Assembly: GCA_035480055.1 (NCBI GenBank)
Contig: DATIIB010000007.1
Location: forward strand, 4,360-68,359
Origin: Candidatus Saccharimonadales bacterium
GTDB taxonomy: Bacteria; Patescibacteriota; Saccharimonadia; Saccharimonadales; DASZAF01
Direction: 5' to 3'
Length of the DNA stretch: 64,000 nucleotides
Shown here: positions 35,886 to 44,602 of the stretch, one piece after another
Layout of the letters: every line of letters starts with the position of its first letter
Numbering within the stretch: position 1 is the stretch's first letter
Program-made: the position numbers and the translations under genes
Notes under the pieces: generated by a model
The model's database searches: none
What the model saw: the letters and a program-made list of their open reading frames with translations, nothing else
What the model was told of the DNA's origin: nothing

Positions 35886-37073
35886 TTACTGAATTTGGAA
35901 CTGCACTGCAGCGACGTTGTTGTTCTCGACATTAGGCGTCACGCCAGTGAGACTCGAGAGCGCACCTGTTATCCCCGTATATTGATAGCCGACGATGCTC
36001 GGGAATTGATAAAACGAGTTCCAACCAACAAACTGCGCGGCGTGCGCATAAGCTTGCAGAATCGGTGCTGTCGAGTTAGTACCTTGCCACACTGCGCCGA
36101 GCCAAATGCGATCTGGCGCCACCACTTGGTTGATGCTCACCGTCTTGACCCCCGTTGTATCTCCGGCCACCGTCCCAGCATCCAGGAGCACATTGCCCGC
36201 CAGTCCAGCACCATCGCTCGAGAAAATACCCAATCGAATCGTTGAACCCGCAGTACCAGCCGTCTTCACGTTGCAGCCAATACTCGAGAGCGTTACCTGC
36301 TTTTGGCAATCAAAAGGAAACACCCACAAAAGCTGGTAGGTCATCGTCCGGTTTCCGCCTCCTCCATCCATTGGATACCACCAGGTGGAACGAAGTGGGA
36401 CCGGTGTGGGAAGCTGCCCAAAAGCTGCCGCGTCAGTTGCAGCGGTTCCGTTGGCCAGCCCTGTGATCTTCTTGCTGTTCATGGCTACATTTGCAGCCGT
36501 AGGGTTAGCGGTCGCGATGCTGGAGAGATCGCTTGTACTGGCGAGCGCCCCAACTTGAGCTGCCGTATAGTCGCCGCTCTGGGCAATAACCGCTCCGGTG
36601 CGAGTAAACACACTTGTCACCGGCGCACTCGGCGCAGAGCTCCACTGAGCTGCGGTGCTAGTAGTGGCGATAATAATCTTGCCATTGCTGGGCGTACCGC
36701 TGATCGTCACGCCGTTGATCTTCGCAACGCCAGGATTGGGATATGTTCCCGAAAGATCTCCGCCGGCAGCCGCCCCAGATTGTAGCGAATTGTCTGCAGC
36801 AGAAAGTGAGGTCTGCACAGCGGAGGATAGATCAGTCTTTGGTATACCACCAGCTGGTTTGGTGTATTTACTGGCTACTGAATCAATAGTGGTTTGGGTG
36901 GCACTATCAAGGTCGCTCTCCGGAATCCCGCCGCTCGGCTTGGAGTATCCGCCAGCTGTCGTGATCGCACTGCTTTGTAATGTGCCATCTGCGTTATGGC
37001 TCACCTGAAGAAAGTCGTTGAGGATATTCCCCCACGTACCATTATCTTGACCAGGCGTAGGCAGGCGCGCCAT
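35886..37073 (-). CDS. Phage tail-fibre-like protein
   Basis: 395 aa. N-terminus MARLPTPGQDNGTWGNILNDFL..ADGTLQ; repeated KP.GGIP..DL units; NSKKITGLANGTAATDAAAFGQL is the tail-fibre type motif. No signal peptide. Confidence 0.65.
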   Translation of the reverse strand: MARLPTPGQDNGTWGNILNDFLQVSHNADGTLQSSAITTAGGYSKPSGGIPESDLDSATQTTIDSVASKYTKPAGGIPKTDLSSAVQTSLSAADNSLQSGAAAGGDLSGTYPNPGVAKINGVTISGTPSNGKIIIATTSTAAQWSSAPSAPVTSVFTRTGAVIAQSGDYTAAQVGALASTSDLSSIATANPTAANVAMNSKKITGLANGTAATDAAAFGQLPTPVPLRSTWWYPMDGGGGNRTMTYQLLWVFPFDCQKQVTLSSIGCNVKTAGTAGSTIRLGIFSSDGAGLAGNVLLDAGTVAGDTTGVKTVSINQVVAPDRIWLGAVWQGTNSTAPILQAYAHAAQFVGWNSFYQFPSIVGYQYTGITGALSSLTGVTPNVENNNVAAVQFQIQ

Positions 37074-37139
37074 GTTGTATATAATTCCTATGCTTACTCA
37101 CTCAATAATAGCAAGGTACAAGCAAAAGGAAAGGTTTGG

Positions 37140-39371
37140 TTATTCGAAACGTGCTGAATCTGACTGCGTCAACTTGTTGAGAAGTGGCAAAGTCAGACTC
37201 ACCACCAACACTGAAATAATGAGACCCATAAGCATGGTCAGATAGTATTCCACACTCAGCGGCTTAAGCTGGGTACCATTACCGTTGCTGGAGGCAATAA
37301 CTTTTATCATCAAGGCACCCGTTCCATAGCCCGCCACCCCCGACAGCACTGACACTATGAGGAGAGGGACCGCAGACTCAATCAATATGACTTTGCTAAG
37401 GCCAGTCATGGACATTCCAGAGAGCCGCAACAAAGAGAAGGGCCGCTTTCTTTCAACCAAACTGCCACCAACAGACACCGACAAGCTACAGGCGGCCACA
37501 AACAATGTCAGCGCAATCCCTGCATACACCATCCGTTGCAATAGGATGATCGTTGATGAGCGGGTTTGCAGCGCCTCGCCGTACGTTTGAGGTATGGAAG
37601 TCGCTCCTCCGTTATTGATAATAATCGTGCGAACATGTTCTATTTCATCTTGCGACGACGCAGAAACCAGAAGTGCTTGCAGATGTGCAGCAGCATTCGC
37701 TACCAAAGGTTCGGCTGAAGTTGCTTGTATCAGATCACTCGTCATGTGGTCGCCAACTACATGTGTCGCTATGGTAGCCTGCTGCGCACCAGCTGGACAG
37801 TGGGAGAATTCGTTAAATGCTGCAAGCGCGGCACAGGAAATAACGCCCCGGGCGGCGTCCACCTTCACTTCCGATTTATTACCAGGAGCACTGGCCGCGG
37901 GTTGTGTGGCATAAATGGGGTACACATTGGAGCCAACAACAGCTTCAAGCTTATTGATCAGCTGCGTACTCGCAGGCGAATCAAGGCCAGCGGTCGATGT
38001 GTTATGAAACGTCGCAACCACCGTATCGGTCAGCTTTCCTTTTTTGAGGCTTCCCTGGTTGCCCAGAATCGCAGGTGCCAACGTTGAAAACATTGTTCCA
38101 ATAAACACAGCCAGGACTAATCCGCTCACTGATCGAAAAGCTGCTTTTGGATCATAGGCGAGCCTGCGAGCTGCAAGCAGAGACGATGCTCCGCGCGCAA
38201 CGCGGGCCATACCCCTTGCGCCCACCATTGTCAGCCAAGAGCCAGCCAATATGAGTCCCGTCAGCATCAGCACGAATCCCCCAAGAAGAGGAACCAAGAT
38301 AAGCGCGCCCGTGTTTTTATGCGCGCCCCAAACGAGCGTTGCCGTAAAGATGATGAGCCCGATGAGGAATGGAATCGCTCTCCATGCCTTTGGAGGTTTG
38401 GGCATCGCTTTTCGACTGACGCCGAGCGGTGAGATTTGGACTCGCCGCAATGAAGCTGCTGCTGTCACCACAGATGCAATCGGCACACCGATCATCACCG
38501 CAAGATACCCGAATAGCGTTGGCGTCAAATCACTCACAAAAAATGGTGCACCAGTAAACGGAAACTGCGCGACAAGCGGTCGTAAGGCGATAAATACAAA
38601 GAGGCCAACAATAACCCCCGCCAGTGACGCGACCAGCGAATCAACTGAGGCTATGACCGTAATCTGACCCGGCGTTGCGCCAATCAGCCTCAAAGCAGCA
38701 AACCTTTCTTCGCGTCGACTTGCGGACAAGCGCGTGGCAGTACTCACCAAGATGAGCATAGGAAACAGCAGTCCAACCGCACCTACACCAAGGACAATCT
38801 GCAGGAATTGCGTCACGGTGTGCTGCTGTGGGCTCGTCGCGATCTTGCTCACCGCTTGAACGTGTGACATTGTCTCCATTTGCGCAGGAGTATGGCCAAC
38901 GTAAGCCACGAGCGCTTTTGGATCTGACAAGGCGCTGTCGCTAATGATCCCCGCGCGCGTAGCCGGGAATCTTTCGCCAAGCTGGGCTTTGGGTTTGGCA
39001 TCAATGAGTTTTGCGAGTTCTGGTGAGGCATAATATTCGTCTGCCAAAGGAAGTTGCGAAATACCCGGCGGCATCGGTGCTTTATTCCCCAGAGCAGCCA
39101 TATCAGCTCTTTCGAGTTGTTGATTATTGTAATAGTCCTGTCGGAACAGCCATAACAAGGTATGCTGCGTATCGGAAGTCCCGCCGCTCGTTTCGCTACG
39201 AGTACATTCCCAGCAAGGACGGTTTTGCACCATTCGCAGCCCATGAAAACCTGCGAGGGTAAACAAAACCATCGACGAGCCGAGCGCAACCGCAACCGTC
39301 ATCAGCAGAAGTCGCGTAATTGCCTCTTTGCCACCTTTTATAGCAAGCCGAAAACCAAGTCGCGCTATCAT
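37140..39371 (-). CDS. ABC transporter permease, FtsX/MacB-like (two FtsX domains)
   Basis: 743 aa. There are 8-10 TM segments in two blocks separated by a large extracytoplasmic domain. It has a 4-nt overlap with the upstream ATPase gene. Confidence 0.8.
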   Translation of the reverse strand: MIARLGFRLAIKGGKEAITRLLLMTVAVALGSSMVLFTLAGFHGLRMVQNRPCWECTRSETSGGTSDTQHTLLWLFRQDYYNNQQLERADMAALGNKAPMPPGISQLPLADEYYASPELAKLIDAKPKAQLGERFPATRAGIISDSALSDPKALVAYVGHTPAQMETMSHVQAVSKIATSPQQHTVTQFLQIVLGVGAVGLLFPMLILVSTATRLSASRREERFAALRLIGATPGQITVIASVDSLVASLAGVIVGLFVFIALRPLVAQFPFTGAPFFVSDLTPTLFGYLAVMIGVPIASVVTAAASLRRVQISPLGVSRKAMPKPPKAWRAIPFLIGLIIFTATLVWGAHKNTGALILVPLLGGFVLMLTGLILAGSWLTMVGARGMARVARGASSLLAARRLAYDPKAAFRSVSGLVLAVFIGTMFSTLAPAILGNQGSLKKGKLTDTVVATFHNTSTAGLDSPASTQLINKLEAVVGSNVYPIYATQPAASAPGNKSEVKVDAARGVISCAALAAFNEFSHCPAGAQQATIATHVVGDHMTSDLIQATSAEPLVANAAAHLQALLVSASSQDEIEHVRTIIINNGGATSIPQTYGEALQTRSSTIILLQRMVYAGIALTLFVAACSLSVSVGGSLVERKRPFSLLRLSGMSMTGLSKVILIESAVPLLIVSVLSGVAGYGTGALMIKVIASSNGNGTQLKPLSVEYYLTMLMGLIISVLVVSLTLPLLNKLTQSDSARFE

Positions 39372-40063
39372 CGCGAGATAACCCTCTTGAGTTGAGTTGT
39401 TACTTTGCCGTCTCTTACCACTATTTCGCGGTCAGCCGTTGCCGCAACTTTTGGTTCGTGCGTCACAATAATTACAGTCGTGCCTTCTTGTTTGGCAATA
39501 TCGACCATCAAATCCATAACCTTCTCGCTTGTCAGTGAATCAAGCGAACCGGTTGGTTCATCAGCAAAAAGAACTTTAGGTTTTATCACCAGCGCGCGAG
39601 CAATTGCGACACGCTGCGCCTGACCTCCCGAAAGCTCACCCGATCTTCGCTTCTCGAGACCTTGAAGGCCTAACCGTTGGAGCCACTCTTTTGCCTGTAC
39701 ATAAGCTCCGTCTCGTTTGTTGCCATTCAGTAGAAGCGGCAAAGCGACATTATCTTCGGCAGTCAGCTCAGGCACCAGCTGGCCAAACTGGAACACAAAT
39801 CCGTAGTCTATCCTGCGTAGTTTGGTCCGAAGGTTTTCGTCCATCTTGTTCAAGCGGTGGCCGTCATAACTCACGTCTCCGGTGTCAGGCAAAAAAATGC
39901 CTGCCAGACAGTGCAGCAACGTTGATTTTCCCGAGCCACTTGGGCCCATAATCGCGAGAATCTCACCTCGCTTCACCGAGACGTTCGCACCCTGCAGTGC
40001 AGGCGTGAGACCAAAACTTTTATGGACATCTTCGGCCTGCAAAATATAATCAGTATTATTCAC
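39368..40063 (-). CDS. ABC transporter ATP-binding protein (MacB/LolD-like)
   Basis: 231 aa. Walker A GPSGSGKST, signature LSGGQAQRVAIARAL, Walker B VLFADEPTGSLD. Confidence 0.92.
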   Translation of the reverse strand: MNNTDYILQAEDVHKSFGLTPALQGANVSVKRGEILAIMGPSGSGKSTLLHCLAGIFLPDTGDVSYDGHRLNKMDENLRTKLRRIDYGFVFQFGQLVPELTAEDNVALPLLLNGNKRDGAYVQAKEWLQRLGLQGLEKRRSGELSGGQAQRVAIARALVIKPKVLFADEPTGSLDSLTSEKVMDLMVDIAKQEGTTVIIVTHEPKVAATADREIVVRDGKVTTQLKRVISR

Positions 40064-40583
40064 CTCGTACCTCCTGTCTTAGTTGACTCAACCTTGCTGC
40101 GGTCATATCAATCCAACGAATATCAGCCTCCAGATGATACAGCGCATAGTCTGCCTGCAAAACCTTGGCAATATCGCCGCTCCGTCGCTCCTTTGTGAGC
40201 TCACGCATCTTTTCGATATGTGCCGCGCGCTGCGCATCAAGAAAAATATCCGGATCTTTATCAAGCGATATGGCCGTCACCACTTTCACAAAAAAAGTTG
40301 TCTGCGAATGCGTCTTAAACTTCTCTGGTAACGTCAGCCATTCCTCCAGGTCTTTTCGCCCTTTATCCGTAATCTTATACAGTTTCCGCTCGGGACCTGA
40401 CTCTTGCTGAATCGATTCTTCCGTGGTCTTGCCATCCCTTTTTAACCGGGAAAGCGTGGCATATACCTGGCCAAAAGCGAGTGGTTTATTGTGTCCAAAG
40501 AGTAAATCATAGCTTCTTTTCAAATCATAGCCGTAGCTGGATTGTCTTTCTACAATGCCAAGGAGTGCGTACGAAGTTGTCAT
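40056..40583 (-). CDS. PadR-family transcriptional regulator
   Basis: 175 aa from ATG 40583. The winged helix is YALLGIVERQSSYGYDLKRS...GQVYATLSRLKRDGK. It overlaps the ABC ATPase start by 8 nt. Confidence 0.85.
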   Translation of the reverse strand: MTTSYALLGIVERQSSYGYDLKRSYDLLFGHNKPLAFGQVYATLSRLKRDGKTTEESIQQESGPERKLYKITDKGRKDLEEWLTLPEKFKTHSQTTFFVKVVTAISLDKDPDIFLDAQRAAHIEKMRELTKERRSGDIAKVLQADYALYHLEADIRWIDMTAARLSQLRQEVRGE

Positions 40584-40625
40584 GCATTCGACTATACACT
40601 GAGTGTATAGTCCGTGTAAATAACT

Positions 40626-41186
40626 TTGTTGCATTGCAATATACATGCTACATTCAAGATATGCCCGAGGAACAATCGCAGCAATCTACAGAAAAATTGG
40701 AACCCAGCCTTACGCCTGAGGCAATTCAAGGAATCGAAAGATAGTACCCCTGCTGACCAGCCGCCGCCGATAGTTCCCGAGGCTGCATACCAGCAAATTG
40801 TTGCTGCAGCCCACGCCGCGGGAATCACTGTGCTGGCGGGCGACGACGTCATTGTACCTCAAATAGATCGACAGCATTCCATAGCACGCACACTCTATAT
40901 CGGCGGTTCTGCAGAGCAAGCCGAGGCAGTTAAATCAGCACACGAAAAGGGCGACGAACGTGCGCTTGGTTTGGCGCTCGGCTATCCAGAGACCGCAGTA
41001 GAAGCATACATGGATAGTACCGTTATACCGATGTCAAATGTCTCAACTGATCCAAAAGATCTCGCTTTTAGGCGATTCTTACTCTCGCCAGGCCATGCCG
41101 CAGAGGAACTCCAGACAGTCAGAAGGTGGACGGCTGCGGTTGCGCAGACCAGTCCCGATCTTTATGCGGAAGTCATGCGGACCTAA
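40626..41186 (+). CDS. Hypothetical protein (start uncertain; possible frameshift near 40740)
   Basis: The track start is TTG 40626. A better-looking ATG at 40661 (MPEEQSQQSTEKLEPSLTPEAIQGIER) is in another frame that stops at 40744. The downstream part (…AAHAAGITVLAGDD…LGLALGYPETAVEAYM…) looks coding. Confidence 0.4.
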   Translation: MLHCNIHATFKICPRNNRSNLQKNWNPALRLRQFKESKDSTPADQPPPIVPEAAYQQIVAAAHAAGITVLAGDDVIVPQIDRQHSIARTLYIGGSAEQAEAVKSAHEKGDERALGLALGYPETAVEAYMDSTVIPMSNVSTDPKDLAFRRFLLSPGHAAEELQTVRRWTAAVAQTSPDLYAEVMRT

Positions 41187-41190
41187 TCAT

Positions 41191-41592
41191 CTAGAGAGTA
41201 CTCGAACTCTTGAACTTTCGCCAACCACCCTTGCGGTTATCGGCGACGACGGTTTGAATCAGGTTCTTAAAAGCTTGCTCATTTAATTCTGCATCTTGGT
41301 AGATCTGGATCGAACGTGCCGTAGCATTACCCTGGCCTTGATTGATAAGGCCTTCAGGGTCGGGCGCAATCGGATCGTAAATAAAAACATTAACGTGATC
41401 TTTGGTAGCCTGAAAAGCACACACATTGCCGTGCTGTACAAAATACGGACGGTCTCTCCGCTTGATCACTTCTTCTATCTCTGGCTCGGCTTCGTGAATC
41501 AGCGCACGGACTTTGCGACAGACCTCCTGTTGCCAGGTGGGTAATGAACCGATAAACGTGTCAACTTGTGGATTTAGTCTGTGAGTTGTCAT
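41191..41592 (-). CDS. DUF1801 (YdhG-like) domain protein
   Basis: 133 aa from ATG 41592. WQQEVCRKVRALIHEAEPEIEEVIKRRDRPYFVQHGNVCAFQATKDHVNVFI is the typical DUF1801 pattern. Confidence 0.65.
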   Translation of the reverse strand: MTTHRLNPQVDTFIGSLPTWQQEVCRKVRALIHEAEPEIEEVIKRRDRPYFVQHGNVCAFQATKDHVNVFIYDPIAPDPEGLINQGQGNATARSIQIYQDAELNEQAFKNLIQTVVADNRKGGWRKFKSSSTL

Positions 41593-41598
41593 AGTTTG

Positions 41599-41609
41599 AT
41601 TGTAGCAGA
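41599..41609 (-). promoter_or_regulatory. Extended -10 element TCTGCTACAAT 6 nt upstream of ATG 41592 (leaderless-type)
   Basis: The reverse complement of 41599-41609 is TCTGCTACAAT. No SD lies between it and the ATG. Confidence 0.5.
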
Positions 41610-41687
41610 GATGTCTGTCATAGGCCGTACGCTGCATGGCAGCTTGTGGCATGTTCCAAATTATACACCCGGGGTACAATCTTTATC

Positions 41688-42380
41688 ATGACCACCGAAC
41701 TTTGGGACGCTGCCTACGCGCAAGGCTTCGACCGAGACACTCCACCTGCAGAGCTGGTGACGGCCAAGCTAGTTCCTGTGATAAAAGCGCTTATTGAAGA
41801 TGGCACGCTGCAAGACGCGGCCTGCCTAGACATAGGCACCGGCGCGGGCAAAAATCTCCCTCCATTACTAGAGGTTGGTTTTACCCGCATTGATGCCGTC
41901 GATATATCGAGAGCGGGTTTGCGGATGGCTGCAGCTCGCCTTAAAGGCATTCCCGGAGAACAATCGGTACGATTTTGGCAAGGCGACTTCGTCCACGACT
42001 TTGCGGCAGCCGTTCCGCCAGCTGCTCAGTATGCTGCTGCGCTTGCTATCCATACCTTTCACGCCAACCGCGAAGCAACACACCAAGGAATCCGGCAAGC
42101 CACGCAGTACGTAATGCCCGGCGGCGTCTTTGCGCTATGCACCGCTGCTGCCCTTCGCAAGGGAATCCTCGCAGAAGGCAACGTGCAGGTCTGGCCTGAT
42201 GGAGGATATACCACCTACGCCGACAACGGACTACCAGTGCATGCGCTGGCTGAAACCGAGCTACGAGAGCTGTTAGAACCGGAGATGCAGCTTGTATCAG
42301 GCCTCGGCTACAGGGAAGCCACGATCAATGAAGGGCGCACGGTGGCGGAATGGGCGACAATTTGGCAGGCTCTCGCATGA
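41688..42380 (+). CDS. Class I SAM-dependent methyltransferase
   Basis: 230 aa from ATG 41688. Motif I is CLDIGTGAGKN, with an acidic residue after beta-2 (AVDIS). Confidence 0.75.
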   Translation: MTTELWDAAYAQGFDRDTPPAELVTAKLVPVIKALIEDGTLQDAACLDIGTGAGKNLPPLLEVGFTRIDAVDISRAGLRMAAARLKGIPGEQSVRFWQGDFVHDFAAAVPPAAQYAAALAIHTFHANREATHQGIRQATQYVMPGGVFALCTAAALRKGILAEGNVQVWPDGGYTTYADNGLPVHALAETELRELLEPEMQLVSGLGYREATINEGRTVAEWATIWQALA

Positions 42381-42432
42381 TTAGTTAGCTACAAGGCGTT
42401 CTAGCTTAGCGTAACTAATCTCACTCCAATTC

Positions 42433-42903
42433 CTACGACCCAAGCTCCTCCCTCAGAAGGGGCAAAAGATCAGCTGGAATATTCAGATCGTCAAGTTGCG
42501 CTACTGTAAACCATCCAATATCTGACGATTCGCTATCGTCATGCTGCACAGGAAGGGTCGCTTGCACCTCAACACGATACATGCAATCAACATGATAATG
42601 CTCTTTGCCGCCATGGCTAAGGTGAACTTCAATTATGCGCATTGGCAATGGCACTTCTACCCGATTCTCATCATACCGCGTGGGCTCTGGAAAATACGAT
42701 GCGACATCTAGCCCTGTCTCTTCTTTCGTTTCGCGGATCGCTGCTTCAAAAGGATTTTCGTCAGATTCCACATGGCCACCTGGAGGCATCCACAACTTAT
42801 GCTTTCGGCTTTGCAACAATAGCGCTTGCCTTGGGTGACTGGCGGTGATTATCAGCATCATTGCCGTAAATTCTTTGGGTAAAAGTGGTGAGGTCATGTG
42901 CAT
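42433..42903 (-). CDS. Nudix hydrolase
   Basis: 156 aa. The Nudix box is GGHVESDENPFEAAIRETKEETGL. Confidence 0.85.
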   Translation of the reverse strand: MHMTSPLLPKEFTAMMLIITASHPRQALLLQSRKHKLWMPPGGHVESDENPFEAAIRETKEETGLDVASYFPEPTRYDENRVEVPLPMRIIEVHLSHGGKEHYHVDCMYRVEVQATLPVQHDDSESSDIGWFTVAQLDDLNIPADLLPLLREELGS

Positions 42904-42937
42904 CTATCCTTATTTCTACCCACTTTAGCACATATAG

Positions 42938-43306
42938 CTAGCGACTCAGCTCTTGCAGCGCCCAAGTATTGCCGGTCGGATCGCTAAAGTAAGCATACTT
43001 TACGCCACCGCCCATATCGAGCATATCGCTCACCTCAATGCCTTTTGCGATGAGCTGTTTTCGAGCCGCATCTATATCATCAACAACCAGATGTATGTTC
43101 TTCACCGGCGTCGATTCCTCGGTACCCATGCCAGTGCCAATGGCAATCGAACACGCAGAACCGGGAGGGGTTAGTTGGATGACGTGAATGCCATTACCTG
43201 GCTCAACGTCGTGATCAACATGGAAGCCAACTTTATTGGCGTAAAAGTCTTTGCTCTCTGCGAGGTTTTTTGAGGGAAGTAGAATGAGTTCTATTTTCAT
43301 ATCCAT
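42938..43306 (-). CDS. VOC/glyoxalase-bleomycin resistance family protein
   Basis: 122 aa with the typical small VOC pattern: LPSKNLAESKDFY..VGF...; HLVVDDIDAARKQL...G; FSDPTGNTWALQE. Confidence 0.75.
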   Translation of the reverse strand: MDMKIELILLPSKNLAESKDFYANKVGFHVDHDVEPGNGIHVIQLTPPGSACSIAIGTGMGTEESTPVKNIHLVVDDIDAARKQLIAKGIEVSDMLDMGGGVKYAYFSDPTGNTWALQELSR

Positions 43307-43327
43307 AATTAGTATTCCTTATTACGG

Positions 43328-43795
43328 CTACACAATGGCCGCTAGTTTATCGAGCGATTGGTGCATGCCTGCATACGAGAAGACAGACATCATGCTTGGC
43401 TTCCAGCCTTTTTCAGTTATTACAAGTTCTGTCATGCCATTCACTTCTTTAAACTCAACTGTCGTTAAGATGTCTTCGGGAAAGTCGGCCGGTAATTTGT
43501 CGGCCGGAAGGCGGTTCCCGTCGGCATCCGACAGTCCTTGCGTAAAAACTAATTTCTTCATAGGAGTAATCTCTTTATACTCGCCAGAAGTAAAACTCTC
43601 TTCGCCACCCTGATACTCTGGCGCTTGCATTGCAAACACGTACTGGCCGCCCTGACGGAGATCGAGGCGTGCTGAAGGTGAAGTATAATCCGCTGGGCCC
43701 CACCACTTAGTTACTTCCTGAGGATCTGTCCACATTTTCCAAACGGTCGCGACTGGCGCGTTAATTATTCGAGTGATGATGACGTCATTTGTCAT
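43328..43795 (-). CDS. SRPBCC/AHSA1-family protein
   Basis: 155 aa from ATG 43795, overlapping the ArsR gene end by 11 nt. RIINAPVATVWKMWTDPQEVTKWWGP is the Aha1/START-like signature. Pairing with ArsR is a common arrangement. Confidence 0.75.
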   Translation of the reverse strand: MTNDVIITRIINAPVATVWKMWTDPQEVTKWWGPADYTSPSARLDLRQGGQYVFAMQAPEYQGGEESFTSGEYKEITPMKKLVFTQGLSDADGNRLPADKLPADFPEDILTTVEFKEVNGMTELVITEKGWKPSMMSVFSYAGMHQSLDKLAAIV

Positions 43796-44129
43796 GGTTT
43801 TTCTCCTCTTTATTTTGTTGTGCGATATATACTTCCATGGCATCAATGCGAGCATTCCATTGGCTGGTACGCTCTTGCAGCCACTGCTGAGCCTCGGTGA
43901 TTTTATCAGTGTCCAAACTATACACGCGTTGCTGCCCGCGCTTGGTGACGTGCGCAAGGCCAGATTCACGTAGCACTTTTAAGTGCTGAGAAATAGCCGA
44001 GGGCGTGCTGTTGAACATCTTGCTAATTTCACTTGCGGCCAGCTCACCACGTTTTGCGAGCATATCTACAATACTGAGCCGAGTTGGCTCGGCAAGTGCC
44101 GCAAATATGATGCTGTCTGATGCGTCCAT
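43785..44129 (-). CDS. ArsR/SmtB-family transcriptional regulator
   Basis: 114 aa. The wHTH reads FAALAEPTRLSIVDMLAKRGELAASEISKMFNSTPSAISQHLKVLRESGL. Confidence 0.88.
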   Translation of the reverse strand: MDASDSIIFAALAEPTRLSIVDMLAKRGELAASEISKMFNSTPSAISQHLKVLRESGLAHVTKRGQQRVYSLDTDKITEAQQWLQERTSQWNARIDAMEVYIAQQNKEEKNHDK

Positions 44130-44147
44130 ACCAAAATAGTAAAGTAG

Positions 44148-44163
44148 TGACTTATTTAAGTCA
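44148..44163. promoter_or_regulatory. Perfect 7-2-7 inverted repeat TGACTTA-TT-TAAGTCA, 19 nt upstream of the ArsR start (putative autoregulatory operator)
   Basis: Direct reading. The flanks extend the dyad imperfectly (AAGTAG.../...ATACTT). Confidence 0.55.
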
Positions 44164-44183
44164 ATACTTAAATAATAGAGTTA

Positions 44184-44522
44184 CTACTTTGGTTCCAAAC
44201 TCTCAGCATATGAAATGCCTAACTCCACCCACGAAAGTAATTCGCTGTCGTTGGTAACATCCTCAGTAGAAACTCGCAACCAGCCGGCCATATTGCGGCC
44301 GCGCATTGTCATAATGGTAGCTTTGGTCGAAGCCAACAACGCATCTGTTTGCGCTGGGTCTACCCGCACCAGTAGTCCACCTTGGCCGCTTGCGGCAATC
44401 GCCATATTGCCGTGAACCAAAAAGGCTAAGCCACCAAACATCTTCTTTTCTGACACGGCAGCCGCTGCTTGTGCTGGTATAAGTTTTCGAATGCGCTTCG
44501 CGAGTGATTCGTCGTATGCCAT
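44184..44522 (-). CDS. TfoX N-terminal domain protein
   Basis: 112 aa from ATG 44522. Motifs: LAKRIRKL......EKKMFGGLAFLVHGNM. Confidence 0.7.
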   Translation of the reverse strand: MAYDESLAKRIRKLIPAQAAAAVSEKKMFGGLAFLVHGNMAIAASGQGGLLVRVDPAQTDALLASTKATIMTMRGRNMAGWLRVSTEDVTNDSELLSWVELGISYAESLEPK

Positions 44523-44602
44523 ACCTACAGCATAGCAATGCGCGGGCATTTAATACATCACACAATATGCTGCACTTGTTATTCTGCTTATTGTAGTGTC
44601 TA

